From the NCBI GenBank assembly GCA_965657195.1, contig CBFHNK010000002.1, positions 3,911 through 67,910 of the forward strand: a stretch of 64,000 nt of DNA, given 5' to 3'. Every line of letters starts with the position of its first letter. Position 1 is the stretch's first letter. The notes under the pieces were generated by a model. The model did not search any database. It was given only the letters and a program-made list of their open reading frames with translations, and had not been told where the DNA came from. Origin of the DNA: an uncultured Schleiferiaceae bacterium. GTDB lineage: Bacteria > Bacteroidota > Bacteroidia > Flavobacteriales > Schleiferiaceae. Position numbers and translations under genes: made by a program. Shown one piece after another: positions 37,501-45,417 of this stretch.

Positions 37501-38838
37501 GTACTGAGTGGAATGTCGCCTTCGGCCCAATGGGCGCCGGGATGGAAGGCCGCGGTGGGGCTCCCGCACGATCTTCCGTCGCTGGCTTCGGCAAGTGGAT
37601 GGTTGCTCGAAAATCCGCGCCAGCCGCTGCGCGCGAGCGAAACCACGACCCGCAACATCACACTGCGCGCGCAGCTTGAACCACTTCAGGACATGCGCAT
37701 CACCCTCAATGCAACCCAGACCTACGGGCGGCAGGCATCCTACACCTACCGCTACTCCACGGGGACGGGGATCGATTCTTTATTCGATCAGGGCTTCCAC
37801 GCGTTCAATCCTCAAGAAGTGGTCACCTACAGCAGTAGCTGGCTGTCGTGGCCAACTGCGTTTGATGTGAGTAAGGGTCCCGATTTCGAAAGCGCGGCCT
37901 ACGATCAGTTCAAAGCGGCCCGCTTGGACGCTTCAAAGCGCTTGGCGGATGAGCAACGCCTGCGCGATCCCAACTACGCAGCCAATTTTATTGATGTGGC
38001 TGATTCGTCGCGCTACGGATACGACGGATTCTCGGTCCTTCACACGGATGTCCTCGCCAACGCCTTCTTGACGGCGTACGGAAACCGCTGGACCGCCAAC
38101 CTGCCCATGGGCAACTACGCGGCACTGCCGTTCTTCCCGAACTGGAACGCGACCTACACGGGACTCATGCGTCTGAAGGCGGTGCGCAACGTCTTTACTG
38201 CACTTAGCCTTAGCCACTCATATGCCAGCACGATGACGGTTACGGGACTTCAAACCCACATGCTGCGTGCCCAGCGCCTTCAGGACAATCCTTTGGACCC
38301 CTTCCCGCGCAACGACAACTTCGACATTATGCCCGACCGCCAAGTAGGCCAGATTTCGGTTACCGAATCCATGTCGCCGCTGCTCGGAGTCGACCTGCGC
38401 ACCAAGACCAACGCTACATTTAAGCTGAACTACGGCATGACCCGCCAGCTCAACCTCAGTATGGCCAACAACCAACTCACAGAGAGCAAGTCCAAGGACG
38501 TCACGGTGGGCGTCGGCTACATCGTCAAGGATGTGCAGTTCCGCATTGTGGAGAATGGCGGAATTCCACGGACCATTAAGTCCAACCTCGAACTCAAGCT
38601 CGACGTCAAATTCAGTGACAACCAAACGGTAATTCGCCGAATTCTGGAGGATTTCAATCAAGCAACCGCCGGCCAAACACGGACCACAATCAAGTTGACC
38701 GCCGACTACCGCATGAGTCGCCGCCTGACGACCCAGTTCTACTACGACCAAACGGTCAGTTCGTTCAAAACTTCGCAGGCGTTCCCCACCAACCAGTGGC
38801 AAAGTGGTATTGCCCTGCGCCTAAATCTGGGCGGATAA
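31558..38838 (+). CDS. sprA: T9SS outer-membrane translocon SprA/Sov (2426 aa)
   Basis: A giant signal-peptide protein with beta-rich composition. It sits in the conserved ruvA-sprA-gcvH context of gliding Bacteroidota. TGATG overlap with ruvA. Confidence 0.9.
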   Translation: MNIRGVLVGLGLLAVLRLGAQDTTSTGWPMPGLPTPPNWKTEVTYDPVTGFYILQRTVAGVPVGAPRYLSEADYQKFKFSQLESDYWQQRWAQGTSTSDRDGSSIVPDMNITNPVLRDIFGSDQLEIRPTGSAELRFGLRYQHIKNPIVPERNRRTLAFDFDQKMQISAAGKLGDRLNLNFNFDTEATFAFENKVKLDFKGQEDDILKGFEMGDVSLPTNGSLITGVQSLFGLKTQMQFGKTTVTTVLAEQRSQSQSMNIQGGASTQEFLIQGDAYEANRHFFLSQFFRDRYEQWVGTRPIIQSPVQITRVEVWVTNRRNTPTEVRNLIAFLDLGEGEVGAYRSSSRSLPGEAIFPGPSADPWPSNRVNRLDPQELLQRYASIRDAASAGSILDASGYDGNIEYAQLTNARMLQPNEYSFNPQLGYLSLNTALNQDEVVAVAYQYTVNGRTYQVGEFSNDGIVAPKSLILKLLKHQILNVRSPAWDLMMKNVYNLNAFQLSPEDFRLELLYVNDETGLPIPFLPKSSVKDQLLVQVLQTDKVNSNGDPFPDGLFDFVEGLTVLTSTGRIILPALEPFGSSLSKQLSTADERKRYVYQELYDSTLFRAQEQTQRNKFMLRGRYKSAGGSVIQLNSFNIPRGSISVTAGGNRLTENQDFTVDYALGQVRIINEAIVQSGVPIRVNFENNSLFNFQAKTFTGLTVNHQLQPNWVVGGSLLQLREGALTQKVSAGDEPVRNAIWGLNTQYEKNLPGLTRALDKLPFVSTKAPSSIMLTAEVAQLLPGSPRIINVNGEPTTYLDDFESSQTAIDLRGTTTWQLASVPDGQPDLFPEASMANDWASNYNRARLAWYMIDNSFFTGTSITPQNIRDNPAITSDHYQRMVPFAEVFPNITLDPSQARNINTFDLQFDPTERGPYNYDVQGLNGISAGLNPDGSLKDPRSRWGGIMRQLTINNFEEQNIEFVQFWVMDPFLDNPSAPGGDVYLHLGNVSEDILKDGMQSFEHGLPSDGSRTDVDSSVWGYASRYQPVVDAFDNSEASRPNQDVGLDGLRDDDERRWLGPGSQTYLDRLQAAFGPGSPIYTAAQLDPAADNFVFYRGSNQDQANANILQRYRYFNNPDGNSRTDLVDGQPAMSTNMPDKEDVNRDATLNRSEQYFSYRISMRPEDLVVGQNYIADIYETTTDLLPDQTRKPVRWIQFKIPVFEPDQKVNGAQDFRSVRFARWILRDWQQPVVLRMARLDLVRGEWRRYRFSLDAAREMIPVDESDETSFAVNAVNLEENGGRVPVAYVMPPGIRRQVLLGNTSILQQNEQSLSLRTCGLRDGDGRAVFKNTSVDMRMNKRVKMFVHAEAGDNPNGLNDGDLRLFVRFGNDYSQNYYEYEMPLTVTPWASTAEDVVWPAANDVDIEFAIWTALKLERDAAMRTNPNITPAMPYERVDGDRVYRVVGTPNLGWVRTMMVGVRNPRRSSTNPTDDGLNKCAEVWINELRMTDFDNRGGVAGIARGTAKLADLGQVALSGGFSTPGFGGIDMAPNERNKFSSVNYDMQTNVDLHRFLPGNSRLRLPMFVTHAQDWKTPMFNPYSPDIEMGKAIDNLPGAQAKDSLRTMVSDFMQRRAVAFTNVRLDRAPSGGSAGGRGPAIGPPGMGDSESKSAAQGLNAGEGSAKLPKRPMPWDVENLSATYAFNEVLRRDANTLQDLRVENRGSLAYAYQTKPINIQPFKNLKPKSLALIRDANLNLTPSRVSIRADVLRSQQTMQMRNVDNPKFQLPITYSKNFTMDRNYNVIWDPTKMWKLDYTSRIRLRFDELPGPNSEDSVRNFLNENLREGGRPIEYHHTINTTWAIPINKLPLMGFLQTQVRYTADLDWKTNSLWASRPGLDSLNFGNTVESSGKWNASANANMATLYNLIPGYSKLKKPARGATARGGKGPAKAAGAKAKTDKADEPKLAKTILVGAVDFATMLKSVNATASLNTGSLLPGFSTTPVLSGMSPSAQWAPGWKAAVGLPHDLPSLASASGWLLENPRQPLRASETTTRNITLRAQLEPLQDMRITLNATQTYGRQASYTYRYSTGTGIDSLFDQGFHAFNPQEVVTYSSSWLSWPTAFDVSKGPDFESAAYDQFKAARLDASKRLADEQRLRDPNYAANFIDVADSSRYGYDGFSVLHTDVLANAFLTAYGNRWTANLPMGNYAALPFFPNWNATYTGLMRLKAVRNVFTALSLSHSYASTMTVTGLQTHMLRAQRLQDNPLDPFPRNDNFDIMPDRQVGQISVTESMSPLLGVDLRTKTNATFKLNYGMTRQLNLSMANNQLTESKSKDVTVGVGYIVKDVQFRIVENGGIPRTIKSNLELKLDVKFSDNQTVIRRILEDFNQATAGQTRTTIKLTADYRMSRRLTTQFYYDQTVSSFKTSQAFPTNQWQSGIALRLNLGG

Positions 38839-38856
38839 TTCGAGCCTGCGACTTCC

Positions 38857-38864
38857 TATATTTG
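38857..38864 (+). promoter_or_regulatory. -7 box TATATTTG, 4 nt before the gcvH ATG
   Basis: TATATTTG-CGCT-ATG. Confidence 0.5.
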
Positions 38865-38868
38865 CGCT

Positions 38869-39249
38869 ATGGAATTTCCAAGCAACGTACGCTACACCAA
38901 AGACCACGAGTGGATTCGCCTGGACGGCGACATCGCCACCGTTGGCATCACAGATTTTGCCCAAGGAGAATTGGGAGACATCGTATTCGTCGACATCCCG
39001 ACTGAAGGCGAGACCCTCGCTGCCGAAGAGGTATTCGGATCCGTTGAAGCCGTAAAGACGGTGAGCGACCTCTACCTGCCTGTGGCCGGAGAGATTGTAG
39101 AAGTCAATTCGGACATCGACGGACAGCCCGACTTAGTCAACACTGATCCCTACGGCGCAGGCTGGATGGTGCGCATCAAAGTGGCCTCAGTTGCAGACGT
39201 TGAGGCGCTACTCGATGTAGATGCTTACCGCGCGTTGGTCGGCGCATAA
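38869..39249 (+). CDS. gcvH: glycine cleavage system protein H
   Basis: Contains YTKDHEWIR and the lipoyl-lysine context VEAVKTVSD. Confidence 0.95.
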   Translation: MEFPSNVRYTKDHEWIRLDGDIATVGITDFAQGELGDIVFVDIPTEGETLAAEEVFGSVEAVKTVSDLYLPVAGEIVEVNSDIDGQPDLVNTDPYGAGWMVRIKVASVADVEALLDVDAYRALVGA

Positions 39250-39260
39250 TCCGCCTTTTT

Positions 39261-39647
39261 GTGCAAAAAATACTCCAGCAGCGCTGGTTTTGGCTAATGC
39301 TCGCCCTTCTTTGGGCGGGCATTGTCCTTTTTTACTCGCTGCAGCCTAGTGTGGAGTTGCCTGGAATCTTTCGCATGCTTCGCGACGTGGTCTTGCACTT
39401 TGCTGCCTATGCCGGAATCGCGTTTCCCTTAATGCTATACAGCCGTTCCCAGGCGGGACCTTGGAAGGTGTTTTTGTTAAGTTTCTTGTACGGATTAGCC
39501 GTTGAATTTCTGCAACCCATTGTCGCCGAGGGCCGTATGTTTTCGTGGTCCGATGTCGGTGCGAATACCGCTGGCATCGCGGTAGGCATGCTTCTTGCTC
39601 GATTCCTTAGAAAGCGTATCTTTAACCCCAAACACGACGTAGTATGA
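39261..39647 (+). CDS. VanZ-family membrane protein
   Basis: 128 aa with 4 TM segments and a GTG start. Family call is by overall pattern only. Confidence 0.6.
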   Translation: MQKILQQRWFWLMLALLWAGIVLFYSLQPSVELPGIFRMLRDVVLHFAAYAGIAFPLMLYSRSQAGPWKVFLLSFLYGLAVEFLQPIVAEGRMFSWSDVGANTAGIAVGMLLARFLRKRIFNPKHDVV

Positions 39648-40342
39648 ACCCGCGTAAAAATTTTGGTGCAGACCTCGACGCTCGCAAGGGCCTTTTTCTG
39701 CAGCTTGGTCTCGTGATCGCCCTTGGCGTCACCTGGATGGCTTTTGAATGGAGGACGTACGAAACAGGTCCAATGGATTTGGGTACACTTGAGGGCGTTT
39801 TAGAGGACGAAGAAATGATCGTCACGAACCGCAACACTCCGCCACCCCCTCCGCCGCCCCCCGCGCCGACGTTGGAGTTCAAGATTGTGGATGACAAGAT
39901 TGACATCGTAGAGATTGATCTAATCTCAACTGAAATTGACGATGATGCCGCAATCGACATTTTAGAAGTGAGTACGGATGACGAGGTATTCAGCTTCGTG
40001 AACGTTGAAAACCGTCCTGTATTCCCGGGCTGTGAAAACCTGCCTACCGAAGACGAGCGATTCAACTGCTTCAACCTCAAGGCGCGCCAGTTTATTGGTA
40101 AGAACTTCGAGTTCCCAGAGATGGCCAAGCAAATGGGTATTCAAGGTAAAGTATGGGTTTCGTTTGTCATCGACAAAGACGGCAAGGTGACCAACGTCAA
40201 AGTTGACCGTGGAGTAGATAAGCTCCTGGATGAAGAAGCGATTCGTGTCGTGCGCATGATGCCAAAGATGTCCCCTGCGAAGGTGGGTGGTCGTCCGGTA
40301 AAAATGAGCTACACGCTGCCGATCAACGCCCGACTTCAGTAG
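39644..40342 (+). CDS. TonB-family energy transducer
   Basis: N-terminal TM segment, a Pro tract (TPPPPPPPPAP) and a C-terminal TonB domain (GIQGKVWVSFVIDKDGKVTNVKV). Confidence 0.82.
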   Translation: MNPRKNFGADLDARKGLFLQLGLVIALGVTWMAFEWRTYETGPMDLGTLEGVLEDEEMIVTNRNTPPPPPPPPAPTLEFKIVDDKIDIVEIDLISTEIDDDAAIDILEVSTDDEVFSFVNVENRPVFPGCENLPTEDERFNCFNLKARQFIGKNFEFPEMAKQMGIQGKVWVSFVIDKDGKVTNVKVDRGVDKLLDEEAIRVVRMMPKMSPAKVGGRPVKMSYTLPINARLQ

Positions 40343-40360
40343 TCGCGCACCCTTAAACAC

Positions 40361-40386
40361 AACCCCGGGTCTCCCGGGGTTTTTTA
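40361..40386 (+). terminator. intrinsic terminator
   Basis: CCCCGGG-TCT-CCCGGGG followed by T6. Confidence 0.75.
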
Positions 40387-40396
40387 TTGCACCACC

Positions 40397-41236
40397 ATGT
40401 CAGAATTTAATTCTTGGGGGCCGGCGGTCCTCGAAGCCTGCTACCGCGCTGCGGACGCCATTCTCGAAGTCTACGAGGGTCACAAGGACATGAATGTCGA
40501 AGTGAAGTCTGACAACAGCCCGGTGACTGCGGCAGACCACGCCGCGCACGCCATTCTCGATCCAGTGCTCTCGGCGGCCGGATTCCCGGTACTCAGCGAA
40601 GAGGGTAGGAGCATCCCTTATTCAGAACGCAGTGCTTGGGACACGTTTTGGGTGGTCGACCCGCTTGACGGCACCAAGGAATTCATCAAGCGCAACGGTG
40701 AATTCACCGTGAACGTCGCTTTGGTTCGCCACGGTGCACCCATTTTTGGAATCGTGTATGCCCCCGTACTTGGCTGGTTGTACGTGGGCGGAGCGGGACT
40801 CGGCGCCCGCAAGTCCATGGTGCGCGTTACGTGGGATGAACTATGGGCCCACGCTCAGCAGCTTCCGGCGCGCTTACCCGAAACCGTAACCGTAGTTGCC
40901 AGTCGTTCGCATGCCAATCCTGAGACTGAGGCGCTTATCGCCCGATGGGAGGCGTCGCACGGCAGTATTGAGCGCGTAAGTATGGGCTCTTCCCTCAAAA
41001 TCGGACTAGTCGCAGAGGGTCGTGCGCACGCATACCCGCGCGCAGCTCCGACTATGGAATGGGACACCGCTGCCGGCCATGCCGTGCTTCGCGCGGCAGG
41101 AATGGAGCTCTACGAGCTCGTGCCGCACCAAGAACTCGGATTTCGCCGCGGTGAGCCCCTGCAATACAACAAAGAAAACTTGCTGAATCCGCCCTTCCTT
41201 GCCTGCGCTGCCCCGTATCTTTGCGGGGATGCGTGA
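40397..41236 (+). CDS. cysQ: 3'(2'),5'-bisphosphate nucleotidase / inositol monophosphatase family
   Basis: Contains WVVDPLDGTKEF and WDTAAGHAV motifs. Confidence 0.8.
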   Translation: MSEFNSWGPAVLEACYRAADAILEVYEGHKDMNVEVKSDNSPVTAADHAAHAILDPVLSAAGFPVLSEEGRSIPYSERSAWDTFWVVDPLDGTKEFIKRNGEFTVNVALVRHGAPIFGIVYAPVLGWLYVGGAGLGARKSMVRVTWDELWAHAQQLPARLPETVTVVASRSHANPETEALIARWEASHGSIERVSMGSSLKIGLVAEGRAHAYPRAAPTMEWDTAAGHAVLRAAGMELYELVPHQELGFRRGEPLQYNKENLLNPPFLACAAPYLCGDA

Positions 41237-42083
41237 CCTCGGGCTATTGCTCAAATTTCGCCTGGCCTTTTCGGTCGTGATCTCTGCTGTGGCGGGCTAT
41301 CTGCTCGGCGCTCCTCAGGTACAGTGGATTGAGCTCATCCTGCTCACCCTTGGTGGTTTTGCAGTAGTAGGCGCGAGCAACGCCTTCAATCAGGTCTGGG
41401 AGGTTGAACAGGACGCAGTCATGGGCCGTACCCAAAATCGACCGCTTCCGTCTGGGCGCATGACCCGAACCCGTGCCTTGATCTGGGCGTTTGCGTTCGG
41501 AATCTCTGGTATCGCTGCACTCGCACTCCTCAACCTTAAAACAGCGGGCTTTGGTGCACTGAGCCTGCTTCTGTACGTCCTCATTTACACGCCGCTCAAG
41601 GCCAAGTCGCCATGGGCTGTGCTGGTCGGAGCCATTCCTGGCGCCATTCCCTTCATGCTCGGCTGGGTTGCGGCTACGGGGTCGTTTGGCATCGAGCCCG
41701 GAGTCCTATTTGCCTACCAGTTTGTGTGGCAGTTTCCGCACTTCTGGGCAATCGCGTGGCTCGCCTACGACGACTACGCCAAGGCGGGGTACTACTTACT
41801 TCCCAACCGCACGAAGGATCGACTAGCTACCCGAATGACGGTTTTCTACACGTTGTGGATGGTACTCATATCACTGCTGCCCGCATTTGGGCTGGCCGGT
41901 ACCCTCACCACTTCGCTTTGGGCATCCATCGCCACGGGCGTCCTAGGGCTTGACGTGATGTACCACGCCGTCCAGCACTTCCGCCGCGCGGACGATACCT
42001 CAGCGCGCGCACTCATGTTTAGTACCATCCGCTACTTGCCCCTTGTGCAAACTTTATGGGTGGTAGATCGGTTCATTCAGTAA
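41229..42083 (+). CDS. ctaB: protohaem IX farnesyltransferase (haem O synthase)
   Basis: ORF trimmed to MRDLGLLLKF. UbiA-family motif NQVWEVEQDAVMGRTQNRPLPSGR. 8-nt overlap with cysQ. Confidence 0.9.
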   Translation: MRDLGLLLKFRLAFSVVISAVAGYLLGAPQVQWIELILLTLGGFAVVGASNAFNQVWEVEQDAVMGRTQNRPLPSGRMTRTRALIWAFAFGISGIAALALLNLKTAGFGALSLLLYVLIYTPLKAKSPWAVLVGAIPGAIPFMLGWVAATGSFGIEPGVLFAYQFVWQFPHFWAIAWLAYDDYAKAGYYLLPNRTKDRLATRMTVFYTLWMVLISLLPAFGLAGTLTTSLWASIATGVLGLDVMYHAVQHFRRADDTSARALMFSTIRYLPLVQTLWVVDRFIQ

Positions 42084-42087
42084 GATT

Positions 42088-42654
42088 ATGGAACTCACTC
42101 CCCAACAAAAAGCATCACGACCCCTACTGTACCTCGGGCTCGCGAGCATCGGCATGGCCTTCGCTGGCCTTACTTCTGGTTACGTTGTTGCTCGCTCCTC
42201 GCTAGTGGCCGCGAACAATTGGCAGACAATAGAGCTTCCTATTTGGTTTTACTTAAGCACGGCCGCTGTAGTGCTTTCGAGCATCCTACTTCAGCGTGCG
42301 CAGAAGCAAATTTCAGTCGAAACCAAGCCGACGTCAATGGTTGCAATGGTGCTCCTTCTAGGAGTGCTATTCGCTGTTTTTCAAGTGCTTGGATGGGCCA
42401 ATCTCATTGATCAAAAGATCTACTTCACGGGTGAGGGTAGCAAGCCCGAGGCGAGCTGGCTGTATGTAATCACTTGGTTTCACTGGCTGCACGTACTCGC
42501 GGGTATTTTGGTCCTTGGCCTCATGCTCGTTCGTACTTCAAAAGGCTACTACACCGGTGCAAAGGTTCTACGCTTTACCCTCGGAGCCCAATTTTGGCAC
42601 TTCCTCGGATTTCTTTGGCTGTACCTGCTCGGGTTTTTGCTCATCCTGCGTTAA
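42088..42654 (+). CDS. haem-copper oxidase subunit III-family protein (short, 188 aa)
   Basis: Five TM segments. The C-terminal FWHFLGFLWLYL resembles the subunit III signature YWHFVDLVW. Confidence 0.72.
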   Translation: MELTPQQKASRPLLYLGLASIGMAFAGLTSGYVVARSSLVAANNWQTIELPIWFYLSTAAVVLSSILLQRAQKQISVETKPTSMVAMVLLLGVLFAVFQVLGWANLIDQKIYFTGEGSKPEASWLYVITWFHWLHVLAGILVLGLMLVRTSKGYYTGAKVLRFTLGAQFWHFLGFLWLYLLGFLLILR

Positions 42655-42691
42655 TTTTGCACGACCCCAAAACTGACAATCCCCTAACTAC

Positions 42692-43600
42692 ATGGCACAA
42701 CCAGCTGCGACAGGAACTTGGTCCGGAGGCAACGAGCCGATGAAAGCCGAATACGGCAAAATGATGATGTGGTACTTCCTCATCTCTGACGCCCTTACAT
42801 TCTCGGGCTTCTTGACCGCGTACGGCTTTATGCGATTTGCCAACGAAAAGACGTGGCCAATTGCCGAGGACGTCTTTACGCACTTCCCCGGGATCTCAGG
42901 AGAGCAACCGCTTCTGTACGTTGCCTTGATGACGTTTATTCTGATCATGTCGTCAGTGACGATGGTACTGGCAGTGAATGCTGGCCATGAGCGCAAGCAA
43001 GGCGCAGTTGGCTGGTGGATGATTGCCACTATCGTGGGCGGATTCATCTTCTTGGGCTCACAAGCATGGGAGTGGTACCACTTTATTGTTGGGGACAAAG
43101 GGGCCATCGAATTAGCTGACGGTCGGGTACTTAAAGTTGCCGAGGCCGAAACAGGCGAAGTACTTTCGCTGAGCCAGCTGGTGTACGGAGAAGCGGGACA
43201 TGCTTCGAACCACTTGGAGACCTTCACCATGACTGAAGTCCAGCAAGCGTTTGTCGCAAATGGTGAAGTGGTCCTTCAATCTCCCGGTAAAGGACACGAG
43301 CAGTTGTCTCGAGCAGAGTCAGTAGCGGCTTTGAGTAGTGCAGAGGTGGTTCAGGGTGCCAACATGAAGCGCAACGAGTACGGTCAAAAGCAGTTTGCCA
43401 ACTTCTTTTTCTTCATCACGGGTTTCCACGGATTCCACGTATTCTCGGGCGTGATTTTGAACATCATCGTATTCTACAACGTTCTCCTGGGGACCTATGA
43501 GCGTCGCAAAAGCTACCTCATGGTTGAAAAAGTGGGACTCTACTGGCACTTTGTCGACCTTGTTTGGGTCTTTGTATTCACCTTCTTTTACCTCGTGTAA
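42692..43600 (+). CDS. ctaE: cytochrome c oxidase subunit III with a roughly 100-aa hydrophilic insertion
   Basis: Contains ITGFHGFHVFSG and LYWHFVDLVWVFVF. The insertion spans about residues 133-235. Confidence 0.85.
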   Translation: MAQPAATGTWSGGNEPMKAEYGKMMMWYFLISDALTFSGFLTAYGFMRFANEKTWPIAEDVFTHFPGISGEQPLLYVALMTFILIMSSVTMVLAVNAGHERKQGAVGWWMIATIVGGFIFLGSQAWEWYHFIVGDKGAIELADGRVLKVAEAETGEVLSLSQLVYGEAGHASNHLETFTMTEVQQAFVANGEVVLQSPGKGHEQLSRAESVAALSSAEVVQGANMKRNEYGQKQFANFFFFITGFHGFHVFSGVILNIIVFYNVLLGTYERRKSYLMVEKVGLYWHFVDLVWVFVFTFFYLV

Positions 43601-43602
43601 TC

Positions 43603-43923
43603 ATGGCAGACGCACATTCTCCCTCAGGAACCCGTTGGATCTGGAACATATTTTGGCTCCTGCTCATCATTACAGGTGTTGAGGTTGCCTTGGGTATCAT
43701 TAAGCCCTCAATGCTTCTTCACGAGGTCGCTGGGACTAGCATCCTCAATCTGATCTTTATCGGACTTACGTTGGTTAAGGCGGGGTACATCGTTCAGTAC
43801 TTCATGCACCTTAAGTATGAGGATTCGACGTTTCGTACCTCCATCTACTTGCCTGCATTGATTCTGATTCCGTACCTCACCTTCATTACCCTTTACGAGG
43901 GCGTTAAGGTGTTTGGATACTAA
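43603..43923 (+). CDS. cytochrome c oxidase subunit IV (small membrane subunit)
   Basis: ORF trimmed to MADAHSPSG. Three TM segments, positioned after subunit III. Confidence 0.7.
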   Translation: MADAHSPSGTRWIWNIFWLLLIITGVEVALGIIKPSMLLHEVAGTSILNLIFIGLTLVKAGYIVQYFMHLKYEDSTFRTSIYLPALILIPYLTFITLYEGVKVFGY

Positions 43924-43924
43924 T

Positions 43925-44611
43925 ATGGCAAACCCCGTCGCCAAAAAACTGATCTTGGCGGCACTGCTCTTGCTGCCGGTTTCCATGTACTTGGGCTCTT
44001 TGCTTATCAGCGGAGCTGTGAATTTTCGTTCACTCGAAAACATCGGTCAGGGACCAACCGCCAAAGGGCATCCGCTCAGAGATTTTGAATTGACCCAGTC
44101 CACTGGCCAGCCATGGACTGCAGATAGTTTAGATGGTAAAATTGCCGTGGTAAGCTTCTTTTTTTCAAGCTGCCCCACCATCTGCCCTGCGATGAACTTT
44201 CACTTGAAGCAGGCCCACGACCGCATGTACGCGTTTAAGGATGTAGTATTTGTAAGCTACAGTATTGATCCCGAAACAGATACTCCGCCTGTTCTCGAGG
44301 CATACAAGCAGCGATTTGACGTGGGCGGAAGTCAAAAGTGGCACTTCATCACCGGCGATCGCGTGACCATTTACCAGCTCGCACAGGCCTACTTTTTAAC
44401 GGCCATGAAGGATTCGGCTGCCGAGGGGGGCTACACCCACTCGCAGTCCGCAGTGATTGTCGATTGGAACGGAGATATTCGCACGCGAATGGACGATCAA
44501 AACCAAATTCTCGGAGCCTACGATGTGTCGCAACCGGTTCAAGTAGATGAACTAGTCGAGGACTTGCGTGTTTTAGTGAAAGAGTACCGCCAGCAAAAAA
44601 TGGGCAAATGA
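43925..44611 (+). CDS. SCO1/SenC copper chaperone
   Basis: ORF trimmed to MANPVAKK. CxxxC motif FSSCPTICP and a downstream His (YTHSQS). Confidence 0.88.
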   Translation: MANPVAKKLILAALLLLPVSMYLGSLLISGAVNFRSLENIGQGPTAKGHPLRDFELTQSTGQPWTADSLDGKIAVVSFFFSSCPTICPAMNFHLKQAHDRMYAFKDVVFVSYSIDPETDTPPVLEAYKQRFDVGGSQKWHFITGDRVTIYQLAQAYFLTAMKDSAAEGGYTHSQSAVIVDWNGDIRTRMDDQNQILGAYDVSQPVQVDELVEDLRVLVKEYRQQKMGK

Positions 44612-45159
44612 GCACAGCCAATCACCCGCGTGACCGCGTTTTTGTACCCCTAATCGTGGGGTTGTCTGTGGTGGTCCCCATTGCGGTGGCTTTGCTTTTT
44701 TTACTGCCTGAGGATTGGAAGATTCAGTGGGGCAATGCCAATGTGCGAAGCCTTCCCTTCTTTCATGCCATTTTGAACGGGTCGACCGCAGTTCTTTTGC
44801 TTGTCGGGTTCGGAATGATCAAAACCAAAAACGTAGCTGCGCACCGATTTGCCAATTTGTCAGCGTTTACGCTGTCTGCAGTTTTTCTCGTGAGCTACGT
44901 GGTGAGCCACCTATCGAATCCGGACGCGAAGTTTGGCGGCGAAGGATGGATTCGACCCCTGTACTTTTTCATTTTAATTAGCCACATTGTGCTTAGTGTT
45001 CCGGTGCTACCCATGGCGATGTTCAGTATCTACCGGGCCCTGAATAACCAGATTGCTGCGCACAAGAAGTGGGTCAAGTGGACGTTCCCCGTGTGGTTGT
45101 ACGTGGCCATTACGGGCGTGCTTGTTTACCTTTTTATGGCTCCTTACTACCCGCAATGA
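44608..45159 (+). CDS. DUF420 (CtaM-like) membrane protein
   Basis: Four TM segments in a cox accessory context. ATGA overlaps at both ends. Confidence 0.78.
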   Translation: MSTANHPRDRVFVPLIVGLSVVVPIAVALLFLLPEDWKIQWGNANVRSLPFFHAILNGSTAVLLLVGFGMIKTKNVAAHRFANLSAFTLSAVFLVSYVVSHLSNPDAKFGGEGWIRPLYFFILISHIVLSVPVLPMAMFSIYRALNNQIAAHKKWVKWTFPVWLYVAITGVLVYLFMAPYYPQ

Positions 45160-45383
45160 GAAAAGTTGTGATGGTCGCACTCGCTTTGCTCATGTCTTTT
45201 TCGACGTGGGCTCAGTGCGCGATGTGCAAAGCGACGGCGGAATCAGGTCAAGCCGCCGGTTCAACCGAGGCCGCTGGCCTAAATTCCGGAATTTTGTACC
45301 TCATGGCGTTTCCCTACATCATCATGGCTGCAGTGGGAATTGCATGGTACCGAAGCCAAAAAAAGAAATCTGCCACCCTTTAG
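45156..45383 (+). CDS. small exported CxxC protein with C-terminal TM anchor (75 aa)
   Basis: This is the in-frame part of ORF 45069..45383, starting at the ATG that overlaps the DUF420 stop (ATGA). Sequence: MRKVVMVALALLMSFSTWAQ-CAMC-...GILYLMAFPYIIMAAVGIAWY-RSQKKK. Confidence 0.6.
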   Translation: MRKVVMVALALLMSFSTWAQCAMCKATAESGQAAGSTEAAGLNSGILYLMAFPYIIMAAVGIAWYRSQKKKSATL

Positions 45384-45417
45384 GGTTATTTTGCACGGTA
45401 TTTGCAAAATTCCGGGC

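Noticed and set aside
31849-38802. Many 60-320 aa antisense or off-frame ORFs inside sprA (for example 33907..34863(-) and 38218..38802(-))
   Set aside because: All are nested in the single uninterrupted 2426-codon sprA frame. None has a recognisable motif or its own promoter or terminator.
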